From positions 1 to 64,000 of the forward strand of contig JBCCYL010000016.1 of the NCBI GenBank assembly GCA_039189765.1: DNA of 64,000 bases, given 5' to 3'. Below the pieces are notes generated by a model that was not told the DNA's origin, did not search any database, and saw only the letters and a program-made list of their open reading frames with translations. The position numbers and the translations under genes are program-made. This stretch comes from Cyanobacteria bacterium P01_F01_bin.150 (GTDB lineage Bacteria; Cyanobacteriota; Cyanobacteriia; CAKZMO01). Of this stretch, positions 8,414-17,279 are shown one piece after another; position 1 is the stretch's first letter; each line of letters begins with the position of its first letter.

Positions 8414-11137
8414 ATGTCTACCTTCTTCTCTCCAGCCAACCATCCCTCTACCTCTGTGCATCCCAATGCTGTACCAAGTGAGACAGAATCTGTTGAATCA
8501 AAGCCCATCAAGGCTAAATCTGTCGATTTAGAATCAGTCATGGAAAAAAAATTGACAGAAAAATGGCTTAAAAACCTGCTAGCAGAGCTCTTTCCAACGC
8601 AATCTTATTCTGGCCACTACCTCAGTCAGCTTCTCAACAAACGCAACATTGCGTCATCTCCCATCTCCCACACAGATAGCGAATCTGCTCAATCTGTGAT
8701 TCCATTTGATCGCAGTTGTCTCGCGGCATTTCTTCACCCCGACTATTACCGGCCCACCGATCCCTTCGCTTTTGGAGATGAAATGGCCTGGGCGATCGCT
8801 CGTCTTCAGCAAGCCCGCGATCACCATGAACGTATCGCTATTTGGGGAGATTTTGACGCCGACGGTCTCACCGCCACTGCTGTCCTGTGGGATGGTCTTC
8901 GCCAATTCTTCCCGGCTTCTGCTCTCTCCTATACGATTCCCAATCGCTTTACCGAGTCCCACGGGTTAAATATACCCGGCCTCAATCGTCTTGCCGATGA
9001 GGGCTGTAATCTGCTTGTCACCTGTGATACGGGTAGCACTAGCCTAGAAGAAATTGCCCATGCCCATACTCTCGGCATCGATATCATCATCACTGACCAC
9101 CATACCCTTGCAGAAGAAAGGCCCAACGTCGTTGCGCTGATTAATCCCTGCACGTTGCCAGCCGATCATCCCTTCGCTCACCTTGCGGGTGTCGCAGTTG
9201 CGTATAAATTAATCGAAGCTCTTTACGAAACGTTACCCCATGTCCCCAAACAGCCTTTGACTCGCATCCTAGATCTGGTTGCCATTGGCTTAATCACTGA
9301 TTTAGTATCCCTTGAAGGAGATTGCCGTTATCTTGCTCAGCGAGGCATTCAGCAGCTCCAAACTTTACTTACCCAACAACCACCGTCTCGTCCCGGCATT
9401 GCTCAATTGTTGAAGTTATGCAGACGTACGGGCGATCGCCCCACCGATATTTCCTTTGGCATTGGCCCCCGCATTAACGCCATTAGTCGCATTCACGGTG
9501 ACGCCACTTTTGCCATTGAATTATTGACCAGCCAAGACCGCGATCGCTGCCGTCAACTTGCTGAGCAAACGGAACTCGCCAACAGTCGTCGTAAAGCCCT
9601 GCAGCGGGATGTAATGAATCAAGTCACTACTCGCATCGCTGAACTTGACCTATCCACTACCCAAGTCATCGTCCTCGCCGATCCCCAATGGTCTATCGGA
9701 GTGCTCGGTCTAGTTGCTGGACAAATCGCTCAAGAATACAACCGTCCCACCATCTTGCTCTCCACCCCAACGCCCCAGCTAAAGGCAGAAGGCAGAAGGC
9801 AGAAGGCAGAGAACCCCCCCCTAGCCCCTCCCAAGAGGGGAACCGAGCCTCCCCAACTCCCCAACTCCCCAACTCCCATTCGGCTGAGCGCTCAGGTCGA
9901 AGCCCAACTCCCCAACTCCCCCTTAGCCAGAGGCTCTGCCCGCTCTGCCCATAACATCAACCTCTACGATCTCGTCAAAAGCCAATCCCATCTTCTTGAT
10001 CAATTTGGCGGTCATCCCTTTGCCGCAGGATTAAGCATTGCAGTAGAGAATATCCCCGTATTTCGGGACAGCATCAATCAAGCCTGTCGTACCCAGTATG
10101 GTGATCTGGCCAAGACCTCTTCCTCTATGAATGAGGCCGACTTGACCGTCACTGTTGCCGAACTGGGACAAAATCTGTTCAGAGAACTAAAGCTTATAGA
10201 ACCCTGTGGCATGGGTAATCCAGTACCGCGACTGCTAATTCAGCACTGTGAATTCAAAGGGCGATCGCATCGTAATATTAAGGACTTTAAAGGAGACAAA
10301 CTACGCTATATCAAAGCGGACTTTCGAGTCTGCGATCGCACTTGCCCCAACGGTTTTCCTGGTACCTGGTGGGGACACTACCAAGACGAACTGCCCGACG
10401 GTCCCTGTGACGCCATTGTAGAACTCGATTTCAACAGCTACAAAAGCTGCTACGAAATTCGCCTCCTAGACCGTCCCCATCCCACCGTTCATTCAACTGA
10501 GACATCCAGTGAGTGCTCAGGCGAATCACATTCACATCAAAGCTCAACTCCATCCTCTCCATCTACTCTCACCATCCTCGACTATCGTCCAACCCAACGT
10601 CCCAACACTCCAACGCCCCAACACCAAACATCCAAAATCCAAAATTCCGCCAACTCCCCAACTCCCCAACTCCCCAACTCCCCAACTCCCCAACTCTCCC
10701 TCACCCAATGTCCCCACAACTGGGCTGAATGGGAAGCATGGATACAAAAGTCCGTTGAAACAGGCCATCCATTGGCGATCGCGTTTTCCTTACCCACGCC
10801 ATCCCCACCAGCGGAAATCTGGAAGCATCTAGTCGGCATTGCAAAATACCTGAGCCGCACTCAGACCTCCATCGACAAATTCAAACTTGCCAATATTCTA
10901 GGAATTGGCGATCGCCCCCTCTCTTTAGGGTTCATCGCTCTCACCACCGTCGGATTTCATATCCAGACTCAAAACACAACTCTCCTAATTACCTCCTCCC
11001 AACACCCCAACGTCTCAAAACACAACGCTCAAACCGCCTCTATCCAAACATTTCTCTACGCAGTTCAGGAGGAGCAATTTCAGCAGCGATACTTTACACA
11101 AGTCGCGGTGGACACATTGGAAGAGACGTTAAAATAA
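8414..11137 (+). CDS. recJ: ssDNA exonuclease RecJ with repeat insertions
   Basis: IWGDFDADG, TCDTG, ITDHH, GPRINA, RGSARS and FGGH motifs. Confidence 0.93.
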   Translation: MSTFFSPANHPSTSVHPNAVPSETESVESKPIKAKSVDLESVMEKKLTEKWLKNLLAELFPTQSYSGHYLSQLLNKRNIASSPISHTDSESAQSVIPFDRSCLAAFLHPDYYRPTDPFAFGDEMAWAIARLQQARDHHERIAIWGDFDADGLTATAVLWDGLRQFFPASALSYTIPNRFTESHGLNIPGLNRLADEGCNLLVTCDTGSTSLEEIAHAHTLGIDIIITDHHTLAEERPNVVALINPCTLPADHPFAHLAGVAVAYKLIEALYETLPHVPKQPLTRILDLVAIGLITDLVSLEGDCRYLAQRGIQQLQTLLTQQPPSRPGIAQLLKLCRRTGDRPTDISFGIGPRINAISRIHGDATFAIELLTSQDRDRCRQLAEQTELANSRRKALQRDVMNQVTTRIAELDLSTTQVIVLADPQWSIGVLGLVAGQIAQEYNRPTILLSTPTPQLKAEGRRQKAENPPLAPPKRGTEPPQLPNSPTPIRLSAQVEAQLPNSPLARGSARSAHNINLYDLVKSQSHLLDQFGGHPFAAGLSIAVENIPVFRDSINQACRTQYGDLAKTSSSMNEADLTVTVAELGQNLFRELKLIEPCGMGNPVPRLLIQHCEFKGRSHRNIKDFKGDKLRYIKADFRVCDRTCPNGFPGTWWGHYQDELPDGPCDAIVELDFNSYKSCYEIRLLDRPHPTVHSTETSSECSGESHSHQSSTPSSPSTLTILDYRPTQRPNTPTPQHQTSKIQNSANSPTPQLPNSPTPQLSLTQCPHNWAEWEAWIQKSVETGHPLAIAFSLPTPSPPAEIWKHLVGIAKYLSRTQTSIDKFKLANILGIGDRPLSLGFIALTTVGFHIQTQNTTLLITSSQHPNVSKHNAQTASIQTFLYAVQEEQFQQRYFTQVAVDTLEETLK
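9781..9921 (+). repeat. In-frame composite repeat in recJ: (AGGCAGA)n, 32-bp hairpin, and (CCCCAACT)n interrupted by the palindrome TTCGGCTGAGCGCTCAGGTCGAA
   Basis: Visible directly; lies between RPTILLS and ARGSARS. Confidence 0.85.
10590..10700 (+). repeat. Short tandem repeats (CCAACTCC)n and CCAAAAT in the recJ linker
   Basis: About six octamer copies at 10650-10698. Confidence 0.85.
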
Positions 11138-11149
11138 TGATTCTATTTT

Positions 11150-11208
11150 GGGTACCAGTTTTAGGAAGGTAGTGGGGGCGCGGAGCACCTCCACTATCGC
11201 GAAATCCC
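11150..11208 (+). mobile_element. Family-A element with an internal deletion
   Basis: GGGTACCAGTTTTAGGAAGGTAGTGG..CCACTATCG joined directly to CGAAATCCC. Confidence 0.55.
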
Positions 11209-11278
11209 TGTATTCATTAAAAAGGGTGTGCATTGCTGTAAAGCCACATACACACCCAATCAAAAATTCAATTGATTA

Positions 11279-11545
11279 TTAACGCTTGTTGCTTTCCACT
11301 AGCCACCGCCCTGTAACCGGATCACGGTAAGTGGTAAAGGGATTTTTCTTTAAGGGTTTGTAGGACCGTTGCAAAGTTGCTTTGTCTCGCTTTAAGTATT
11401 CAGATGAAGGAGGCTGCTTCAGCTCATCTGTCATCCTATTCAACTCACTTTTACCCTTTTTGCAGGTAGAAACTTTTGGGTCTGCGGTCGTAGAGGCTTT
11501 TGAGGTTGCAAATGCAGTAGTAGATGTCAAAGACGGTATGGCCAT
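11279..11545 (-). CDS. Small hypothetical protein; start uncertain
   Basis: The C-terminus NPFTTYRDPVTGRWLV resembles a short cyanobacterial family (from recall). Confidence 0.5.
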   Translation of the reverse strand: MAIPSLTSTTAFATSKASTTADPKVSTCKKGKSELNRMTDELKQPPSSEYLKRDKATLQRSYKPLKKNPFTTYRDPVTGRWLVESNKR

Positions 11546-11661
11546 CTTAAAAGTTCCTGATGCTAGTTACTCAGATATTTTCCCCCCAACACTCTTAAAA
11601 CACAGTGATAGAACACAAGCTAATATGTGATCTCAGTCTCATCACAACCCAGCGAATTTCT

Positions 11662-11742
11662 GGATTAAAACTTAAGCCGGAAAGAATTTAACGGGATACT
11701 AGGGCGCTTCGCGCCCCAGTATCCCGACTTAAAATACAAGCC
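11662..11742 (-). mobile_element. Family-B MITE-like element with a probable 8-bp target duplication
   Basis: GGATTAAAACTTAAGCC..hairpin..AAAATACAAGCC; flanks GAATTTCT / AAATTTCT. Confidence 0.72.
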
Positions 11743-11839
11743 AAATTTCTCTCATTAGCCCAAAAAAGTGAGAATTTGGGGCGTGCATTGTATGCCCCAA
11801 ATCCTTTTAGCGTATACATTTTGCTAGGTCGTATTGTTG

Positions 11840-12319
11840 CTAGCTGTTAATTCCCAACCCTGTTCTAGCTAACGCAGGATCGAAAATAATGGCGTATCGC
11901 AAGGATGGGGTATGCTGTTGCAGAATACGGAGATGTGCATCCGCATCATTGCGGCGACGAAACCGAGCGACTATGCGGTGTTGTAGCTGTGGAAGCAACT
12001 GGACAATACACCAGGGATGAAGTTTCTGTTGGTATGAAGTTTGCTGTGGTTCGAGGGGATTAAGGTTTGCCTGAATTGTCCCTGGGCGATGGAGGGCGCG
12101 ATCGATAATGCCTAAGAGTTGAGATGCATCACTATCCCGTGGACTGATGGTCCAACCTCTGATGGGCGTGAGTTGGTAGGTGAGACGATAGGATTTATGG
12201 TTGGCTCGATGGATGATCCAAATAGCCTTGCGGGGCAACTTTTGCAAGCGGTCTCCTGTTTCTGTTAAGGCTGCTCGAATTTTCTGGATCTCTGCCATGA
12301 CACGCTGACCTTGACTCAT
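11840..12319 (-). CDS. Hypothetical protein (cassette gene 4)
   Basis: ATG 12319 preceded by SD AGGAGG; C-terminal HPWCIVQLLP..VARFRRRNDADAHL..IIFD resembles a small cyanobacterial domain. Confidence 0.7.
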   Translation of the reverse strand: MSQGQRVMAEIQKIRAALTETGDRLQKLPRKAIWIIHRANHKSYRLTYQLTPIRGWTISPRDSDASQLLGIIDRALHRPGTIQANLNPLEPQQTSYQQKLHPWCIVQLLPQLQHRIVARFRRRNDADAHLRILQQHTPSLRYAIIFDPALARTGLGINS

Positions 12320-12419
12320 CTGTTTTCCTCCTGATGGATTGAAATGGTTGATAACTGGAGTCAACCTATGGGGAAGAGAAAAGAAAAGACATACCGTGGC
12401 GCTATTGACATTTTGAGAA

Positions 12420-12764
12420 TTATGTGGGTCGCCTGTCATTATTGCTGAGATTAATTGGGATATTAATCGGACGATTGATCGGACACAGAGCCTCACGCAA
12501 TTCTTCTGGCATTTGGTCAAAGTGATCGAGTAGAAAATCCATTAGGGCTAGGTGTCGGAGATCGATGGCGGAGGGTCGGCGATAGCTGCGGCCTTTGCGA
12601 AACCAGCAGCGCACGGTGGAGACGGAGCGGGAGCAAATTGCAGCCATATCTTCTTGGCTGACTTGCCATTTGGCGTAGAAAGCCTGGGGTGTCATGCCGA
12701 GCTGGCAATAGCTGTACCAGTCAATCAGACTATGATCGTGGGAGTTAAGAAAACGGGGATTCAT
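12420..12764 (-). CDS. Helix-turn-helix DNA-binding protein (cassette gene 3)
   Basis: VSQEDMAAICSRSVSTVRCWF HTH pattern; ATGA overlap with the upstream gene. Confidence 0.8.
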   Translation of the reverse strand: MNPRFLNSHDHSLIDWYSYCQLGMTPQAFYAKWQVSQEDMAAICSRSVSTVRCWFRKGRSYRRPSAIDLRHLALMDFLLDHFDQMPEELREALCPINRPINIPINLSNNDRRPT

Positions 12765-13381
12765 TGTCTGTACTCTGATTCAATGGGTTCGAGGTCGTCT
12801 TCCCAGGCAATATCAGCATTTATCCAGGCAGAACTAGGAGAGTCAGAATCAAGCCAGATCAGATAGGCCCAACGCCAGTGGCAGCGATGGGGTGCGAATG
12901 AATAGAAGCGACCGATAACAATGCCCCAATCGTTGATAGGCTGATGACTGGGTTGATGGCTGCTCCAGTGGAGGCGATCACCATACTCAAATCGAGCGGG
13001 TTCATTATTCGGGAAAGTGTTAGGTAATTCTGTTTTTGGGGAAGCGATATGTAGTTTAGCGAGAGGATTAATAGCATTGAAAGAATAATGACGAATGGTG
13101 TTGAGCTGTGCGCTGAGGCAATTGTCCGTCAGGCTAGTTGTCACCAATTGGATTAGCAGAGCAGCAATCGCCTCCGCCTCTGCAATCGTTGGGCGATCGC
13201 TGTGGGTTTGGATGCGATTAAGTAAAGGGACAAGTCCAAAATCATCCAAAGCCTGCTGATAGCCCATCTGATAGGATGCCGAACGCGAAGCATCGTTATC
13301 GTGATGTTTTTGCAGTGAATGGTGCGGTGAGTGTTGCTGTGAATGCTGCGGTAGACAAGAAGTAAAGAACGGATAAGCCAT
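12761..13381 (-). CDS. Hypothetical protein with a Trp-rich, SH3/KOW-like C-terminal domain (cassette gene 2)
   Basis: RFEYGDRLHW..WGIVIG..WAYLIWLD..WEDDLEP pattern; translationally coupled to the HTH gene. Confidence 0.7.
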   Translation of the reverse strand: MAYPFFTSCLPQHSQQHSPHHSLQKHHDNDASRSASYQMGYQQALDDFGLVPLLNRIQTHSDRPTIAEAEAIAALLIQLVTTSLTDNCLSAQLNTIRHYSFNAINPLAKLHIASPKTELPNTFPNNEPARFEYGDRLHWSSHQPSHQPINDWGIVIGRFYSFAPHRCHWRWAYLIWLDSDSPSSAWINADIAWEDDLEPIESEYRQ

Positions 13382-13477
13382 GAAAAAGCAGTCCCTGATA
13401 GTGCAGGGGTAGAGAATTGATATTTGGGTATGAAGTGAGGCAAGTAGTTGAATACGAAATGCTTAATTGCTATGCCT

Positions 13478-13506
13478 ATTTTGTTCGCTTACCGAACAAA
13501 AGTCAA
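13478..13506 (-). promoter_or_regulatory. Putative sigma70 promoter containing a palindromic operator
   Basis: Minus strand TTGACT-17 nt-CAAAAT; inverted repeat TTTTGTTCG-N5-CGAACAAAA (13479-13501) fills the spacer and overlaps both boxes. Confidence 0.55.
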
Positions 13507-13520
13507 TATGTTTTTATCCT

Positions 13521-13997
13521 TTAATTGGTAAAGTCTGCTTCCTTGGCAATAAATTTTAGGAGCTTACGTTTAGATCGGTCAGGTTCATATTTGCTGTTTT
13601 CCCATTCGCTTACCGTTTCTCTGCGGACCCCTAATTCCTTGGCGAAATCTTCCTGTTTCAACCCTTTATGACGCCTCAAGGCTTTAATGGTCTGTCCTGT
13701 CCAGGCGATCTCTCCATCTTGCTTGTGGACAGTGTAATTCGCCTGAAACTGCTGAAACGTTACCTGTTGCTCTTCCAGATTTGTCGTTTTGACATGGTAT
13801 TCAGCATGAATCCATGCCTTGGCCTGGAGCGCACTAGTACTATCTCGATTGCTCCACCAATTTCTACGCACACGCGCCGAGGCGGGCAAAGTATCTCCTA
13901 TTAATGCTTCAATTTCAGCAAAGGACAGGGTGATTTCCGCATCTTTACAGTGTTGAAGGTGTTTGAATAATGGATGATACTTACTGCCAGGTTTCAT
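13521..13997 (-). CDS. XRE-family HTH regulator with an extra N-terminal domain (cassette gene 1)
   Basis: C-terminal IKALRRHKGLKQEDFAKELGVRRETVSEWEN; N-terminal SKYHPL..LSFAEIE..LPASA..WWSN domain. Confidence 0.85.
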   Translation of the reverse strand: MKPGSKYHPLFKHLQHCKDAEITLSFAEIEALIGDTLPASARVRRNWWSNRDSTSALQAKAWIHAEYHVKTTNLEEQQVTFQQFQANYTVHKQDGEIAWTGQTIKALRRHKGLKQEDFAKELGVRRETVSEWENSKYEPDRSKRKLLKFIAKEADFTN

Positions 13998-14098
13998 GGA
14001 GCACCAGGGATAAAAGATTAAGTAGCTTGCTCAATCATTTTTACAAGAATGCCGACAATTTTTTCAATGTCACGGATGTAATATAAATCCTGCAATCA

Positions 14099-14179
14099 GG
14101 CTTGTATTTTAAGGCGAGTTTTTGGGGCGCTCCGCGCCCCAAAAACTCGTTCAGATCTTCCCAGCTTAAGTTATAAGCC
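14099..14179 (+). mobile_element. Family-B MITE-like element
   Basis: Terminal inverted repeat GGCTTGTA..TATAAGCC; stem CGAGTTTTTGGGGCG..CGCCCCAAAAACTCG. Confidence 0.72.
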
Positions 14180-14348
14180 ATCAAGCAAGGCAGTGTTTTG
14201 TAACATCAAGAATTTCCAATTATCCCCTGTTGTGACGTCTCCATAAATGTAGGGCAAGTGATGATTTTCTTGTTGATTAAATAGCTGAGCAGCATACATT
14301 TCAGCAATACACTGACCTAATCCTAAAATAATATTTTCATTTTTATGA
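14171..14348 (-). pseudogene. C-terminal remnant of a PD-(D/E)XK-like (HsdR N-terminal-like) cyanobacterial protein
   Basis: [36 protein letters not shown]-terminal part missing. Confidence 0.6.
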
Positions 14349-14662
14349 GCGATCGCATCCCCTAGAGATGCAATCGCCATTATGAGTCACGAATGCTTGT
14401 ATTGATAAATGATATTGGCTCTGATGGGCGCTCGTTGATCCTGAAAGTGTAGAGTAATGATAATGCCTGATGAGGATGGTCCTGATGCGGCTGCACCCGA
14501 TGATATTGACGATGGTGTTACGCCTGATGAGGGGACTGCACCTGATGATGAGGCTGCACCTGATGATATTACGCCTAATAATGAATCGGGATCGATGACA
14601 GAGCCCTATGGTTCTATCGTCCATAAAAGTGTTAGAAATGGTCGTCTCGCTAGTATTTAGTA

Positions 14663-16099
14663 TTAGGCATCCAGAGTTGTATTACGGAATTTCCATGCCG
14701 CATTGAGCAGACGAACCCAGCCGCGCTGGACCTGCTTGGGCGTGCACTTCAGTACTTTAGAAATGTCTTGATCAGACAGGGTATTGATATTTTTATCGAT
14801 ATCGCTTAGCTGCTTTTGCTTCAATTCCAATAGCTTACGCTGCTGGGGCTGAAGTGTGTGTATAAAAGCATCCCATTGATACTGGGGCATACCTAGATTT
14901 TGATCCAAATCGGCCCCTAACCACTGGTGGACCATCTGCCAGTTAGAAGAACAGGCAAACTTTTCCACATGGTACTTGAATCGCTGCTGGAGATAATCCC
15001 GCTGACGGGGCGTCAAGTTTAGGACCTCATCAATCTCTGGTGCAGATAAGTCTTGGAGCTTTAGCACCAAATAGTTGACGCAGTCAGCCTGCCCCTGGGC
15101 TTCTAAATACTTGACCAGTTCATCAGTGACGCGATCGCGCAGCACCGAATCAGACGGGTCCACCGCATCCTCTACCATTTGTTCCCGCACCTGCTGGACA
15201 ATGGGAGAGCGACTGTACTGCTCCGCGTCTTCGCCACGACCCGCTTCCACTGCCATTTCAATATCCATCGACGTTTCTTGGGGCTGACGCTGGGAGAAAG
15301 CCTGGGCGCGAAGGACAACTAATTGCTGGTTACGACGACCAGGAAGAGAAATACGGCGCTTTGCATACTGTTCAGAAAAGGCCATATACTCTGCCAGTTC
15401 GATTTTAGTGCGAGGCTGATAGTCGATGGGCAATTCATTTTCCTTACGGAAATTTTTGAGGACCTCAATGTAGAAGTTTTGTAAAAAGTCTTCGATTAAA
15501 TTGTATCGAGCCTGAAAGCCGAAATGTCCTCGTCCTGGATTGATGTGGCGGTACACCATTGCGCTCAATGTGCTGTGTAATTCTACCCGTCCCTGCTTGG
15601 AGCCTAACCGATAGTAGGTCAAGCACTTATTTAAGCGGTGCTGAGCTAGGGTCATTAACCAAGATTCAACATCGCCAGAACGCTGGATGCGATCGCTCTT
15701 TTCACAGATCCGCTGGACTTCTTTAGTAAGGCGTAGGATTACCGCTTTCACACTGTTATTGACAGAAGGGAGGTCCTTACCAAACTCACGGGTAAGAAAA
15801 TTGACAATTAGCAATCGTTGCTTGGCGAGTAGCTGCTGCTGACGAATATCTTCTGGAGATAAAACATCCTGATGGTCTAATGCTTGGTGGGTAGCCTCTG
15901 GAGATCCTGACTGATGGCCAGTTTCTCGCTTGGGCTCAGACGCACGATATTCAGATGGAGAAGGAGGGGTGTTAACGTTGGTAGACTTGACGGATTCAGT
16001 GCTCATGGTTTGACCTTGGATGATGCAGCTCATGATTCTTAATCGATTGGCTAGTGTGGTATCGCGTCGAAGCTCACCGTTGGATGGATTGCTCGACAC
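14663..16099 (-). CDS. HetZ-related protein (paralog type); likely start at 16006
   Basis: GRVELHSTLSA, IEDFLQNFY, ELAEYMAF and LTPRQRDYLQQRFKYHVEKF motifs. Confidence 0.85.
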   Translation of the reverse strand: MSSNPSNGELRRDTTLANRLRIMSCIIQGQTMSTESVKSTNVNTPPSPSEYRASEPKRETGHQSGSPEATHQALDHQDVLSPEDIRQQQLLAKQRLLIVNFLTREFGKDLPSVNNSVKAVILRLTKEVQRICEKSDRIQRSGDVESWLMTLAQHRLNKCLTYYRLGSKQGRVELHSTLSAMVYRHINPGRGHFGFQARYNLIEDFLQNFYIEVLKNFRKENELPIDYQPRTKIELAEYMAFSEQYAKRRISLPGRRNQQLVVLRAQAFSQRQPQETSMDIEMAVEAGRGEDAEQYSRSPIVQQVREQMVEDAVDPSDSVLRDRVTDELVKYLEAQGQADCVNYLVLKLQDLSAPEIDEVLNLTPRQRDYLQQRFKYHVEKFACSSNWQMVHQWLGADLDQNLGMPQYQWDAFIHTLQPQQRKLLELKQKQLSDIDKNINTLSDQDISKVLKCTPKQVQRGWVRLLNAAWKFRNTTLDA

Positions 16100-16471
16100 A
16101 TTGACTGTAGGAAATATCGTTTGGATTCAGGACAAAAGGTGTGTCACTCGTTAAAGCATCTCCCTGTGGAGAAATTTCTAGAGGACAACTAAGTCATCCT
16201 TGATTGACACTAAATTGTGATAAATAAATGTCCGTATCCTTTTATTTCCAAGCTGTTGCACGATTTGTCTATCCTGTAGTGCTGCGATCTGATGAGAGGT
16301 TACCTGACTCCTTGGAGGTGAGGACGATCACTTAACTGGTTCTTTGAAAAGAGTATTCCCTTTTTAACCATCGCCGTGTCATCCCTTCGTTCCATGTCAT
16401 CTCCTTTCCTTTATGAATGTGTGATAACGACGTCGCCCTCATTTCTCTACTTATTCAAAAAGACTATTCCA

Positions 16472-17107
16472 TTACCCAACCCATTGCTCCGCAAATTCCC
16501 ATCCCAATCCTTTACGGATAATTTGAGGATGGTAATCAGTCATATCCAAAATGGTAGATACTTGGTAGCCTACCGATTGCCCGTCATCGATCATGACATC
16601 CACTAACTTGTCGAACTGATCAAACAGTTCGGCCTGAGATACGCGAGTGTCATCTGGGGTGAAGGGCGTTGGTGCGGAGGTCGAAACAATTGGGTTGCCG
16701 ACCACTTCTAATAAACTGTGACAAATAGTATGGTGGGGTACTCGAATCCCAGTGGTTTTCCGTTTCGGATTCATAACCAATTTGGGCACGAGTTTGGTTG
16801 CAGGTAACAGAAACGTGTAGGGACCGGGAATGAGGCGTTTAATAATCTTGTAAGCGGGATCACTAACGGTGGCATAGCGAGCAATATCGGACAACGAATC
16901 ACATAGGAATGTGAGGGGTTTGCCACTAGACAATTGTTTAATCTGTCTGACTCGTTTCACTGCTGATTTCACTGTTAGATCACACCCGATCGCGTACACC
17001 GTATCTGTTGGATACAACATAACCGCACCCTTACGTAGCTCGTCTCTCACCTTTCTTATACGGTCAGTTTGAGGATTGTCCGGATGGATTGAGTAGATCG
17101 TTGCCAT
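16472..17107 (-). CDS. Sua5/YciO/YrdC family L-threonylcarbamoyladenylate synthase
   Basis: YPTDTVYAIGC, PGPYTF, GIRVP and STSA motifs. Confidence 0.92.
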   Translation of the reverse strand: MATIYSIHPDNPQTDRIRKVRDELRKGAVMLYPTDTVYAIGCDLTVKSAVKRVRQIKQLSSGKPLTFLCDSLSDIARYATVSDPAYKIIKRLIPGPYTFLLPATKLVPKLVMNPKRKTTGIRVPHHTICHSLLEVVGNPIVSTSAPTPFTPDDTRVSQAELFDQFDKLVDVMIDDGQSVGYQVSTILDMTDYHPQIIRKGLGWEFAEQWVG

Positions 17108-17279
17108 AATATGTCTCTGCTATCAGTGTAGAAGGCTCCCTTTAACGTCTTTTTCTAGCGTAGCGGGATTTGGATGGAAACTGTGGATCGTAGGGGATAT
17201 TATGGATTTGAAGTCTGTCTGCGTAACATTACTTTTGATGTTGATTTGAGACCATCTTCCATTTATCGGAGGGTAAGAG

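Noticed and set aside
9781..9921. Intein or intron in recJ
   Set aside because: The insert is short and repeat-derived, with no C/S..HN splice motifs or intron structure
10509..10860. Overlapping short ORFs such as GVGELGSW repeats, and other antisense ORFs in the track
   Set aside because: Shadow frames of tandem repeats or of real genes
13605..13615. 11-nt match (TTCGCTTACCG) between the XRE recognition-helix codons and the centre of the putative operator
   Set aside because: It lacks the outer palindrome arms, so it is unlikely to be a second operator; probably chance
14663..16099. Calling this gene hetZ itself, implying heterocysts
   Set aside because: Motifs fit the HetZ-related paralog better and no patU genes follow
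16290..16350. Hammerhead-like CTGATGAG followed by a short stem
   Set aside because: No GAAA directly after stem II and no supporting stems I and III
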